64,000 nucleotides of DNA from an uncultured Acidobacteriota bacterium (lineage in GTDB: Bacteria > Acidobacteriota > Terriglobia > Terriglobales > Acidobacteriaceae). Below, piece after piece: positions 1 through 8,527 of the stretch; within the stretch, counting starts at the first letter, position 1; each line of letters begins with the position of its first letter. The position numbers and the translations under genes were made by a program. Under the pieces are notes generated by a model. The model was not told the DNA's origin and searched no databases. It saw only the letters and a list, made by a program, of their open reading frames with translations. Where the stretch lies: NCBI GenBank assembly GCA_963819175.1, contig CAWFVJ010000021.1, forward strand, positions 129,632-193,631, read 5' to 3'.

Positions 1-641
1 GTCCTGCTGCCAGAGTTGCGCCAGGTGGCGGCTGCCGTAAAGGCTGTCGGTGTCGGTCCACTTTACGGTGGCCTCTTCGCCGTCCAGCCACACCAGCCAC
101 ACGCTGTAACCTTCCAGCGGCTTGCCACGCAACACGTCGGCCAACTCCAGCAGCAGGCCGGTGTCTGAACCGCTATCGTTGGCGCCCACGTAGGCTTTGG
201 GCAAAGGCAGGTTGGTGTCGTAATGGCCGGCGACGACGATAATCCCGTCCTTCTTGCCCGGTAGCTTGGCAATGATGTTGCGGATAGGATACGGGCCGGC
301 GGCGGTCTGGGCGGTGAAGGCGTCATCGGCAACCGTGACGTGCGCGGCGCTTAGTTTCTGGTGGATATAGGCTTCGAGCTTCTGGTGCGCGGGGCTGCCG
401 ATGGGGCGCGAGCCGAAGTCCACGGTTTCGCGGACATACTGCATGGCGCGTTTGGGGTTGACGCGCGGCGCGGGCGCAGTGTCTTTGGGGATGACGAAAT
501 CGGCCGCAGTGGGCTGCCAGCGTGCGGAGGGCGAGCCGCCGGAAGGCACGTCACCCATCACAACCTGCTCACTTCCGCCAGTGCGTTTGCAGCCCATCAA
601 GAGCACCGTCAACAGCACTAGCAAGACCGCCGAGTCCCACA
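1..641 (-). CDS. M28-family metallopeptidase-like lipoprotein (3' end cut by window edge; not in ORF track)
   Basis: Own translation from ATG at 641-639: MWDSAVLLVLLTVLLMGCKR (signal peptide plus lipobox), then VVAGHYDT and GANDSGSDTGLLLELA, typical of M28 zinc peptidases. Track ORFs 63..332 and 351..554 are wrong frames of this gene. Confidence 0.7.
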
Positions 642-666
642 TCTGCTGACTGCGGCAGATGTGGGG
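636..666. repeat. 31-nt hairpin module CCCACATCTGC-N-GCAGATGTGGG
   Basis: Perfect 11-bp arms. Near-identical copy at 4411-4441; related inverted variants at 4038-4070 and 17992-18027. Confidence 0.8.
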
Positions 667-755
667 CACCAGACAGGAGAAAGAGCGCAGCGCTTTCCGC
701 CGCGCTCCCTTCGGTGGCCTGAGCGAAATTCGCGCCAGGCCCGCATGCTGCCCGA

Positions 756-1559
756 TCATTCGTTCAACGCCTTTTTCTTCTTCCGGTTGCGCCGGTTCGG
801 GTGGACAACGTAAGCCACCCCGATGCTGGCCAGGTAGAGCACGATCATAGGCGCCGCAAAGATGCACATATTCATGATATCGGTGGTCGGGGTGATGATG
901 GCGGCAATTATGAAAATTACAAGAATCGAATAGCGCAAGTTATGCCACATCCACCCGGCGCTGACCACGCCCATCAGGGCCAGAAAGAAGACCAGGATCG
1001 GCATCTCGAAGACGATCCCAAGGCCGAGGATGATGGTCATGAACAGGTTGGTGTACTCGCTGATGGTGATCATCGGCGCGAACTGCTGGCCATAACCGAT
1101 GAGGAAATCCAGCGCCGCCGGATAGACCATCTTGTAGCCAAAGACTCCGCCGGCAATGAACAAGCCTACGGTGGAAAACAGAAATGGCGCCACGTAACGC
1201 CGCTCCTGGCGGTAAAGCCCCGGCGCAATGAACAGCCACACCTGGTACAGAATGAGTGGAGAGGCGACAAAAATCCCGGCGATAAAAGCCACCTTCAAGT
1301 ACATGTTGAAGGGCTCGGTCGGGTTCAGATAGACAAGCGTCTGAGGCATCCCGTGCGCCTTTAGCGCCTCGAAAATCGGCCGCTGCATTAGGTTGTAAAT
1401 CTCTTCGTGATACCAGTAGCAGACGGAGAAGCCGCCCACGATGTAGACGATGCTCCAGATGATGCGACGCCGCAGCTCCTCGAGGTGATCGAGAAAGCCC
1501 ATCGACTGCAAGGATTCATCCTTGCTGGTTTTAGTAGGAGGAGATGCCAAATCAGGCAT
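756..1559 (-). CDS. tatC: twin-arginine translocase subunit TatC
   Basis: 267 aa polytopic membrane protein with FLDHLEELRRR N-terminus and TatC-like TM pattern. Overlaps tatA stop by 8 nt. Confidence 0.93.
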   Translation of the reverse strand: MPDLASPPTKTSKDESLQSMGFLDHLEELRRRIIWSIVYIVGGFSVCYWYHEEIYNLMQRPIFEALKAHGMPQTLVYLNPTEPFNMYLKVAFIAGIFVASPLILYQVWLFIAPGLYRQERRYVAPFLFSTVGLFIAGGVFGYKMVYPAALDFLIGYGQQFAPMITISEYTNLFMTIILGLGIVFEMPILVFFLALMGVVSAGWMWHNLRYSILVIFIIAAIITPTTDIMNMCIFAAPMIVLYLASIGVAYVVHPNRRNRKKKKALNE

Positions 1560-1917
1560 TGGACTCTCTTAATGGGGCCTTGTTGAGATTGATCGAGCCG
1601 GCGTCTTCGCCCTGCACAGCGGCTGGATTCGAGGGCCCAACTGTGGCGGCGACGATCGGTTCGGTGGGCGGCAAAATCCGCGGCTCGATGGTGGCCGAAA
1701 ACTCCGGGCTGGCCGGGGCGGAAACCGCCTTCCCTAACTCCTTGGCCTCTACCTGCGCTATTTCGGTCTGGAGCTGGCTCGTGAACTCGTTGCTTGCCCG
1801 CTTGAACTCGCCCAGTGCTTTACCCAGCTCGCGGCCCATCTGGGGCAACTTCTTCGGCCCAAAAAGCAGCAGGGCGAGCAGAAGGATAAAGAACATTTCG
1901 GGCATTCCGAGGTTCAT
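1552..1917 (-). CDS. tatA: twin-arginine translocase TatA/E-family protein
   Basis: N-terminal FFILLLALLLFGPKKLPQMGRELGKALGEFK, the TatA TM plus amphipathic helix signature. Sits directly upstream of tatC. Confidence 0.9.
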   Translation of the reverse strand: MNLGMPEMFFILLLALLLFGPKKLPQMGRELGKALGEFKRASNEFTSQLQTEIAQVEAKELGKAVSAPASPEFSATIEPRILPPTEPIVAATVGPSNPAAVQGEDAGSINLNKAPLRESNA

Positions 1918-2156
1918 ATTTGTATGATACTTCGCCCAACCCCCGGCAGCAATGAATGGCTACGAGTTTTTGGGTGCCGCGGGGAGAAATTCATCATCTT
2001 TCCGAAGCCACGGAAGAGCTACTTGCATCTGAATCAGTAGCACCTCGCGGGCACGCGGCTCCGCTCCAGTGGCGAGCTTGTACGTGCTATACTTTTTAGA
2101 ATCTTCACGGTTGTGGGCCTGTTTCTCGCCACTCTGGCGGCCGAAGGACAATTTGG

Positions 2157-3761
2157 ATGGCTGGTAGTTCTCGTCGCTCCTTTTTTGTAGTGTTTCTGGT
2201 GATCTTGCTTTGCGGTTGTCTGGGCGTGGTTTTCGGACAGCGCATAGGAACCGGCTCGCCGGCAGGCGACAATGACGTTCGCGACAGCTTGCGCTCGTTT
2301 ACGCAGGTCTATGACCTCGTCGAACAAAACTATGCCGAGACCGTCAGTCCCGACAAGGCGATTTACAACGGAGCCATCCCGGGGATGCTTCGCGTGCTCG
2401 ACCCCCACTCCAACTTCTTCGATCCGAAGTCGTATGCCCTGCTTCGCGAGGAGCAGAGCGGCAAGTATTACGGAGTTGGCATGCAGGTCGGCCCGCGCAA
2501 TAACAAGGTGATTGTTATCGCGCCGTTTGCGGGCGCTCCCGCGTACCGGGCAGGGATTCGTCCAGGCGACATCATCGTCTCGGTCGACGGCAAGCCCACG
2601 GACAACATGAGCGTCAGCGAAGTGGCCGAACTGCTGAAAGGGCCCAAAGGCACCGCGGTCAAGATTTCGGTAGTCCGCGAGGGCTCCGACAAACCGGTCG
2701 AGTTCGCCGTGATCCGCGATGAAATTCCACGCCACAGCGTCGATTTGCATTTCATGATTCGTCCGGGCATCGGCTATCTCCACATCAGCGGCTTCCAGGA
2801 GACCACCGACCAGGAAGTGAACAAGGCATTGGACGCCATGGGAGATTTGAACGGCCTGATCCTTGACCTTCGCCAAAATCCGGGCGGGCTGCTCAGCGAG
2901 GGCGTGGGCGTCGCCGACAAGTTTCTCCGCAAGGGGCAGGTGATTGTCTCTCATCACGGACGTAATTCACCGGAGAAGGTCTACCACGCCCAGCACGGAA
3001 ACGGCGGTAAGGAGTTTCCGCTGGTCGTGTTGGTGAACCGTGGCAGCGCCTCGGCAGCCGAAATTGTCGCCGGAGCGATTCAGGATCACGACCGTGGCCT
3101 GATTGTCGGAGAGACGACGTTTGGCAAAGGACTGGTACAGACGGTCTATCCGCTGTCGGAGAACACCGGCTTGGCCCTGACCACCGCCAAGTATTACACC
3201 CCAAGCGGACGACTCATCCAACGCGATTATTCCGGCATTTCACTCTATGACTACTATTACACCCGGGACGGCAGCTCGCAAAACTCGCCCCAGAACCATG
3301 ATATAAAGCTGACCGACAGCGGTCGCACGGTCTACGGCGGAGGCGGCATCACGCCCGACGTGAAGTTGCCTACCATCAAGAGCAACAAGTTCCAGGACAC
3401 CTTGCTGCAGAAGTATGCTTTCTTCAACTTCTCCAAGCATTACATCGCAATCCACAAGAGCATTGCCAAGGGTTTTGTGGTGGATGACGGGGTCATGCAA
3501 GAGTTTCGCCACTACCTGGGCGATCAGAAGGTCCCGTTTACCGAAGGCGAGCTGGCCGATAACCTCGACTGGGTGAAGTCGAGCATAAAGACCGAGCTGT
3601 TTATCAGTCAGTTCGGCCAGGAAGAGGGCTTGCGCGTGCAGGCCGAATCCGATCCCAACGTGACCAAGGCCCTCGATCTGCTGCCGCAAGCCAAGCAATT
3701 GGCTGAGAATGCCCGCAAGATCATCGCCGAGCACAGCAATCCCCAGTTGGGAACTCGCTGA
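2157..3761 (+). CDS. S41 carboxyl-terminal processing peptidase with PDZ domain
   Basis: PDZ segment GVGMQV..RAGIRPGDIIVSVDG; S41 motifs LILDLRQNPGGLL and VLVNRGSASAAEIVAGAIQD..GETTFGKG. Confidence 0.92.
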   Translation: MAGSSRRSFFVVFLVILLCGCLGVVFGQRIGTGSPAGDNDVRDSLRSFTQVYDLVEQNYAETVSPDKAIYNGAIPGMLRVLDPHSNFFDPKSYALLREEQSGKYYGVGMQVGPRNNKVIVIAPFAGAPAYRAGIRPGDIIVSVDGKPTDNMSVSEVAELLKGPKGTAVKISVVREGSDKPVEFAVIRDEIPRHSVDLHFMIRPGIGYLHISGFQETTDQEVNKALDAMGDLNGLILDLRQNPGGLLSEGVGVADKFLRKGQVIVSHHGRNSPEKVYHAQHGNGGKEFPLVVLVNRGSASAAEIVAGAIQDHDRGLIVGETTFGKGLVQTVYPLSENTGLALTTAKYYTPSGRLIQRDYSGISLYDYYYTRDGSSQNSPQNHDIKLTDSGRTVYGGGGITPDVKLPTIKSNKFQDTLLQKYAFFNFSKHYIAIHKSIAKGFVVDDGVMQEFRHYLGDQKVPFTEGELADNLDWVKSSIKTELFISQFGQEEGLRVQAESDPNVTKALDLLPQAKQLAENARKIIAEHSNPQLGTR

Positions 3762-3792
3762 TCGGCAAGTTAAGACGATGGTTTTTCTATTC

Positions 3793-3819
3793 GGCCCGCT
3801 TCGGCGGGCCTTTTGTTTT
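3793..3819 (+). terminator. rho-independent terminator after the Ctp protease gene
   Basis: GGCCCGC-TTCG-GCGGGCC followed by TTTTGTTTT. Confidence 0.6.
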
Positions 3820-3825
3820 CCCCAT

Positions 3826-4075
3826 GGGCTGCTGAAAAACTTGTAGGAATGTCATCCTGAGGTCGCTCCGATTTTGCGGGGGTTCCCGGCATGCGCAGTA
3901 GTTGCGCATTTTGGGGCGGGCGACCGAAGGATCTGCTTTTCTTTTAGCGCGCGCAAACAGCAGATCCTTCGCTCTCGCTCAGGACCGGCCTAGTGACACC
4001 TCGGAGAGTAGTTTTTCGGCAGCCTGTATAGTCCGTACCCCACGTTAGCCCAACAGCGGCAAATGTGGACCACCC
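3826..4075. repeat. composite palindromic repeat (outer GCTGCTGAAAAA/TTTTTCGGCAGCC arms, inner GTCATCCTGAGG..GAAGGATC..GATCCTTCG..CTCAGGAC palindrome, terminal CCCCACG hairpin)
   Basis: Same modules recur at 6551-6671 plus 12433-12595, 14024-14232, 23822-23888, 32925-33006 and 20909-21018. Confidence 0.8.
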
Positions 4076-4116
4076 TGACATTGCAGAGTCAGACGGAAAT
4101 GCAGCTACCCCAGGTT

Positions 4117-4369
4117 AGAGCGGTTCCCCGGTTGCTATATCCGGTGTTCCCGCAAGTCGTCATCCCGACCGGAGCGTCTAGCGCCCGCAGGCCGGAGCAG
4201 CCAAGCTGCGTACCCGAATGCACTCGATAAGCAAGAAGCTATTCAAGCCGCGGAGTGGAGGGATATTGTGTTTTTCGGCAAACCACAAGATTTCTCGACT
4301 CGCGCCAAAACACGGCGCTCGCTCGAAATGACGTTGATTCCCGGATACGGCATCTCGGGAAGCGCTCTA
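4117..4369 (+). mobile_element. MITE-like element, long form, copy A (253 bp)
   Basis: Ends TAGAGCGGTTCC / GGAAGCGCTCTA are inverted repeats. Whole-length similarity to 13766-14016 and 17229-17480. Confidence 0.6.
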
Positions 4370-4410
4370 GCCCAACGACGGGCGAACCTGGGGTACCCGA
4401 CGAGCCAAGT

Positions 4411-4441
4411 CCCACATCCGCTAACTGCGGCAGATGTGGGG
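4411..4441. repeat. hairpin module CCCACATCCGC..GCAGATGTGGGG
   Basis: Near-identical to 636-666. Confidence 0.8.
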
Positions 4442-4463
4442 CACCTTCACGGCGCGGTGTGGT

Positions 4464-5699
4464 TCACCTGTATTGGTACGGCTGCTGCATGTGTTGGCGG
4501 GCGGTCTCGGCGGACCCGGTATGGTTGCCGGCCAGAAGCAAGGACTGGTAGCGATCGACCGCTAAATCGCGCTTCTGGATGGTGTCGTACATCTCGCCTG
4601 CGGCAAGCATGGCGCGCTCGATCAGTTCGCGGCTGGCACCAGGATAGGTTCCGACTGAGTCGAAGGCCTCGGCAGCTTCCAGGAAACGGTGCTGCCCGCG
4701 CAGGGCGTTTCCCAGGAAAAAGGCGGCGGTGGCCGGCTCGGGAAGCGGATATTTCTTCTCTCTATAGTTAACCAGGATCTGGCGGTAGGCGGCGATCGAT
4801 TCCGGCCCGTGGCCCGCCGCCGCCAGCAGATGCGCGTATTCCAGGGCAATCATGCAACTGCGGGGATAAGCGACGCTCATCCCCTGCACCAGCCGAAGCG
4901 CCTCGTCGTAGGCCTGCTCCCGGCGCAGGAACAGCGCCAGCACAATCTGCGCGTCCGGACTGGCCAGCGAGCCAGCGTTGGATAGCTGCCGCAGCATATC
5001 CAGGCCCCTCTGCCTGTTACCCCCAATGCCGATAATCGAGGCCGAAACCCTTAGCGGCCAACTCATGCTGCCAATCACGTAGTTGTGAACCCCGACCGTC
5101 AACTTAGCGTCAACATAGTCGGGGTCGAGCTCCAAAACCCGCTCATGGTCCCGGCGAGCGGCGATGGCAGCCTTTATCCCGCTGAGCCAGGCTTTTTCGC
5201 CCATGCCCATGAAAGTGCAGCGCAGGGCGCGGGCAGCACCCCTGGCGTAAAGGGCGTCAACATCGTCGGGATTCTGGGCGAGCAATCGATTGGCCTGGGC
5301 CTCGGCGCGGGCATCCAACTCCAGAATTCGCGCCCTTGCGGCAGGGTCCAGCGGCCGGGAGGCCTTGCGATCCATGAAGCTGTCGTTGGCGTAACTTTCC
5401 GTATCCAGCGCTCCTATCCGGTACAGCTCCTTGAATAGGACAGCCGACAGCAGATAGTTGGTGGCAAAAGGATCGTCTGGATGTTCTCTTACCAGGGTTT
5501 CGAACCCCCGGATCGCACGGTCATAATCCTGGTTGTAGAAGTCGTCGAAGGCCTTTTTCGCGATAGGGTTGTTATTGAAATGGACAAAACGAAGGGTTTC
5601 GGCGGGGTTCCGCTCCGAAGCGGCAACCGCCGAAACAGAAATCATCGCCAGGATGAGGGCCAAAACGCAGAATCGAGGTACTGATTGCCTGATCTTCAC
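4464..5699 (-). CDS. secreted tetratricopeptide-repeat protein
   Basis: 411 aa with signal peptide VLALILAMISVSAVAA and TPR-like helical repeats (YDRAIRGFETLVREHPDDP, DALYARGAA, LELDPDYVDAK). GTG start. Confidence 0.78.
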   Translation of the reverse strand: MKIRQSVPRFCVLALILAMISVSAVAASERNPAETLRFVHFNNNPIAKKAFDDFYNQDYDRAIRGFETLVREHPDDPFATNYLLSAVLFKELYRIGALDTESYANDSFMDRKASRPLDPAARARILELDARAEAQANRLLAQNPDDVDALYARGAARALRCTFMGMGEKAWLSGIKAAIAARRDHERVLELDPDYVDAKLTVGVHNYVIGSMSWPLRVSASIIGIGGNRQRGLDMLRQLSNAGSLASPDAQIVLALFLRREQAYDEALRLVQGMSVAYPRSCMIALEYAHLLAAAGHGPESIAAYRQILVNYREKKYPLPEPATAAFFLGNALRGQHRFLEAAEAFDSVGTYPGASRELIERAMLAAGEMYDTIQKRDLAVDRYQSLLLAGNHTGSAETARQHMQQPYQYR

Positions 5700-5821
5700 T
5701 TCTGAATATAGAGTCTACCCGAACTCAAAAGCGGACGAAAGGATTAGGTTTCGGCGAAACCAGGGAGGTATGTCCCTATTTCGTTTCGTTCAAGGTCGCT
5801 GCCCAGAAAGAGTCCGCGAGC

Positions 5822-6301
5822 CTATTCGCTTGCGGCCCTGAGGTAACGGGAAGGATTGTTGGCGGCTAGCATCGTGGCGTTCTGGTCAACAACGTCTAGC
5901 CTGACCTTCTGGATGCCCTTGCGACTGAACTGCAGGATTTCCGCCGCTTTATAGGAAAGATCAATCACCCGGCCCGGCGTAACCGGCCCCCGGTCATTGA
6001 TTCGGACGATAACAGAGCGCGAATTGTTCAGATTGGTGACCCGTACGAAACTGCCCAGAGGCAGCTCCGGATGCGCGGCAGTGAGCTTAAACATATCGTA
6101 GGTTTCACCGCTGGCAGTCGCCTTGCCGTTGAACAATTCGCCATACCACGATGCTTTGCCCACCTGGTAGGGCTTGGCTGGCTTAGCCTCAGTCAGCCTT
6201 GGGGCTATGCGCTTGACCGTGTAGTCGTGCAGGCTGGGTGCCGCGCCCAAGGTACTGACCAGAACAGCAGCCAGCATCGATTGGGTCAGTACTCGTCGCA
6301 T
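5822..6301 (-). CDS. rlpA: septal ring lytic transglycosylase RlpA-family (DPBB domain) protein
   Basis: ASWYGELFNGKATASGETYDM..LTAAHPELPLGSFVRVTNL.NSRSVIVRINDRGP is the RlpA double-psi beta-barrel signature. Confidence 0.88.
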   Translation of the reverse strand: MRRVLTQSMLAAVLVSTLGAAPSLHDYTVKRIAPRLTEAKPAKPYQVGKASWYGELFNGKATASGETYDMFKLTAAHPELPLGSFVRVTNLNNSRSVIVRINDRGPVTPGRVIDLSYKAAEILQFSRKGIQKVRLDVVDQNATMLAANNPSRYLRAASE

Positions 6302-6550
6302 CCAATACCTCGTCTTTCAAATTTCCGAGTTACAGTTACGGCACGGGCCCAGTCGCCTTAAACAGGCGACCTTCTAATTCTAGGTGCAATAGAGACTTAC
6401 GGTCAATAACTAAGGAGAAACCCTGAATTTTTGCTTGCCTTTTCGATGCGATTGTGCTAAGCAAAAAGCAGAGTATCCCAAAGGCAGCCTTTCACCATCG
6501 CACCCTTCATTTGGGGGAAACTCTGAACGAGCCTTGCTCGCAGAACCGAG

Positions 6551-6671
6551 GTCCCTCAGGGGCTAAAGCCTCCTTAGGTTTTGCTGGTCTTACATACGGG
6601 CTGAACAGGCTGCTGAAAAAGTCGTAGAGTGTCATCCTGAGGTCGCGCCGATTGTGCGCGTCCGAAGGATC
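6551..6671. repeat. left half of a composite palindromic repeat split by the transposon
   Basis: GGCTAAAGCC hairpin, GGTTTTGCTGGTCTTACATACGGGCTGAACAGGCTGCTGAAAAA arm, then GTCATCCTGAGG..CCGAAGGATC. Continues at 12433. Confidence 0.85.
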
Positions 6672-6758
6672 GGCAATAATATATTTGACTGACTTTCAGG
6701 GTAGAATGGATGGCTAAAAATAGCCAGTGAGGGAAAGTCACTGGCGGAAAGGAAACAA

Positions 6759-6998
6759 ATGAACTCGCTTGCTGCTGATATGCTTCTGAAAACCCTAGCC
6801 GATATGGGGAACGCTATAGCCGACTCTCAGGTGCGGATTAAGGCACTTGAAACGGCTCTTCAGAAGTACGAACCGAATATGTATCAGTGTTACCTAAAAG
6901 CTGTGGACGAGGAGAGTCAGGCCAAAGCGACGAGTGGACAGAAGCCAGTCTCTCCCGCAGGCGTTGCAAACCTTCGATCATTGCTTGTTCGGGATTAG
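6759..6998 (+). CDS. hypothetical 79-aa protein (transposon cargo)
   Basis: ORF with AAAGGA 7 nt upstream of ATG, preceded by hairpin GCCAGTGA-GGGAAAG-TCACTGGC and followed by a terminator-like hairpin. No recognisable family. Confidence 0.4.
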   Translation: MNSLAADMLLKTLADMGNAIADSQVRIKALETALQKYEPNMYQCYLKAVDEESQAKATSGQKPVSPAGVANLRSLLVRD

Positions 6999-7066
6999 AT
7001 TCAATTTTTGCTTGCACGTTCAACACACTCCATGCGAAGATTCGCGTGGATGCGTGAACCCTTTAA

Positions 7067-7096
7067 GGCTCCGGCTGGCACCGGGGCTTTTCTATT
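7067..7096 (+). terminator. terminator-like hairpin after ORF 6759..6998
   Basis: GGCTCCGG-CTGGCA-CCGGGGC followed by TTTTCTATTT (one mismatch in stem). Confidence 0.45.
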
Positions 7097-7238
7097 TGTG
7101 ATTAAATCATAGCTGTCAAGCGCACTAGTTGTTGATGCCGTGACAGGGGTGTGATTTAATCAGGCAAAAGAACGCCCGCCTGCCAGGGCGGGGATTCTAG
7201 GTTTGGGCGTCGCCAAATCATAGCATGAGGTGCGCCCA

Positions 7239-7481
7239 ATGGAAGAAAGATTCCCCACAATTTCGTTTTGCTGTGAGTGTGGAAAGCGTCTCTATACGAT
7301 AAGCACGAATGTTATTAGCTGCGATTGGAAGCTAGAATGTCCGAAGTGTGGCCTGCACTACGAATGCAGCGATTCTATCATCGCAAGACTCGTTTCCCCT
7401 TCGACTTCTGAGAAACAAGATTTGAACGCTGCACGTCCGAACGCGAATACGTGTGCAAATCCTTGCAGTGATGGCAAATGA
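7239..7481 (+). CDS. hypothetical zinc-ribbon protein (cargo)
   Basis: CCECGKR..x19..CPKCG is a canonical CxxC-CxxC ribbon. GAGG lies 9 nt upstream of ATG 7239. Overlaps the convergent ORF 7378..7587, so both cannot be confirmed here. Confidence 0.35.
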   Translation: MEERFPTISFCCECGKRLYTISTNVISCDWKLECPKCGLHYECSDSIIARLVSPSTSEKQDLNAARPNANTCANPCSDGK

Positions 7482-7587
7482 TTTCGATTCGAGACGGGAG
7501 TTCACTTCCGGCATGTGGCGTGATTGTGGCAGTGAGCGTTTTCTTGGTCTTTGGGCAGACAAAATAGAGTCTTTGCACAACAGGCAT
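7378..7587 (-). CDS. hypothetical 69-aa Cys-containing protein (cargo, last gene of DUF3800 operon)
   Basis: GAGGGG 7 nt upstream of ATG. Start is 13 nt after the stop of the preceding small ORF. Contains CPKT..x..CHHC. Confidence 0.35.
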   Translation of the reverse strand: MPVVQRLYFVCPKTKKTLTATITPHAGSELPSRIEIICHHCKDLHTYSRSDVQRSNLVSQKSKGKRVLR

Positions 7588-7599
7588 CGCGGTTCCCCT

Positions 7600-7767
7600 C
7601 TATTTATTAACCGAGCGAATCTCTTCGAGAATCTCGTCTCGTACCTGATGCAGTTCTTCCCGAATGGCTTTTACAAGTTCGTCCCGTTCTTCTCTCTTGT
7701 CGCGCAAATAAAGCAACTTCCAGAGGATGAGTGCCGGAACGCCTATGATAATCAGCAGCCAATTCAT
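7600..7767 (-). CDS. 55-aa single-pass membrane protein (below track length cut-off)
   Basis: Own translation MNWLLIIIGVPALILWKLLYLRDKREERDELVKAIREELHQVRDEILEEIRSVNK. ATG is 4 nt after the DUF3800 stop, with GAGG upstream. Confidence 0.45.
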   Translation of the reverse strand: MNWLLIIIGVPALILWKLLYLRDKREERDELVKAIREELHQVRDEILEEIRSVNK

Positions 7768-7771
7768 ATAA

Positions 7772-8527
7772 TTACGCCTCTGCCTCTATAAGTTCCTTTA
7801 GTGTTCTCAGAACTCCAGCATGAATATACTTGGCGTTAACCTTTAGCTTTCTTTCAAAGATAGCCCGGAGTGCATCGCGCATCTTTTCAGTCTCGGGCAT
7901 CACTGTGTCGGTGACAAAGCGGAAAGTCTCATAAGCAATCATATCGGCGGGTTGAAGGCCGATTGATTGTTCCCATGGCATTGGGATAATGCCGACAAAG
8001 AACTTTCTCAACTCCCATCGGACATCATCCACCATTCGGTTATAGGCTTCCAACGCTTCCACATCCCAATTTCCTCTTTCGTGGACAATTAAGACTTGAT
8101 CGTTTGGATAGTGCTCGCTCATGGTGTGGCCGATTTCAACTAGCATATGCCTAATGCATAAAGCATATCCTTTGGCCTGTACATTTTCCTTGTCAGTGTC
8201 GGGGAAAACCTCAAGAATGGCATTCATGTCGGTTGCCATACAAATAGCCTGCATATCTCGCTTTTGGATGGTGGACATAAACTTCTTGGAGAAAGCGATG
8301 CTCATTGGCCGATCCCAGTTCTCGAACTCGTTGTCGAGGGCGTTCAATGGCGCGGCGTGGAATCTTTCGACTTGCTGGTTTGGCGCATTTCTCGAATTGA
8401 TATACGCGAGCCGCTTTGCCCACATCCGCTCGAATCGCTTCCATTCGAGTTCATTAGCCAGCCATCCACCGACACACATGGCGCGTGAGCCGTAGCTTTC
8501 ATCGAACTGGAACTTAAGAACGGCCAC
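7772..8527 (-). CDS. DUF3800-family protein
   Basis: N-terminal FQFDESYGS and C-terminal SIGLQPADMIAYE match the DES / GLQxAD pattern I recall for DUF3800 (PF12686). GTG start with GAGGA upstream. Low-GC gene. Confidence 0.75.
   Translation of the reverse strand: MAVLKFQFDESYGSRAMCVGGWLANELEWKRFERMWAKRLAYINSRNAPNQQVERFHAAPLNALDNEFENWDRPMSIAFSKKFMSTIQKRDMQAICMATDMNAILEVFPDTDKENVQAKGYALCIRHMLVEIGHTMSEHYPNDQVLIVHERGNWDVEALEAYNRMVDDVRWELRKFFVGIIPMPWEQSIGLQPADMIAYETFRFVTDTVMPETEKMRDALRAIFERKLKVNAKYIHAGVLRTLKELIEAEA

Noticed and set aside
63-554. Track ORFs 63..332 and 351..554 (minus) and several plus-strand ORFs at 361-850.
   Set aside because: They are wrong frames of the M28 peptidase gene, which was omitted from the track because it runs off the window, or they read through the hairpin repeat.
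2034-2957. Long antisense ORFs opposite well-supported genes (2034..2957, 14352..15374, 22426..23130, 25790..27250, 27251..27931, 28013..28771, 28841..29809, 29819..30760, 43214..44035, 43761..44813, 46688..48301, 49388..50233, 50310..50936 and similar).
   Set aside because: They overlap genes with clear family motifs, have Arg/Gly/Ala/Pro-rich low-complexity translations typical of shadow ORFs in GC-rich DNA, and lack recognisable domains.
4255-4771. ORFs lying inside repeat elements (4255..4551, 4268..4771, 13782..14129, 13867..14124, 17330..17632, 17379..17627, 54205..54570, 54305..54541, 59778..60092, 59845..60612).
   Set aside because: Their similar peptides (for example ..FGKPQDFSTRAKTRRSLEMTLISGYSISGSAL) only reflect the repeated DNA. 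Frames are not preserved between copies, and the long/short indel is not codon-aware.
7453-7791. 112-aa plus-strand ORF in the transposon cargo.
   Set aside because: It is antisense to two tightly coupled minus-strand small ORFs that have good ribosome-binding sites, and it has no RBS or motif of its own.
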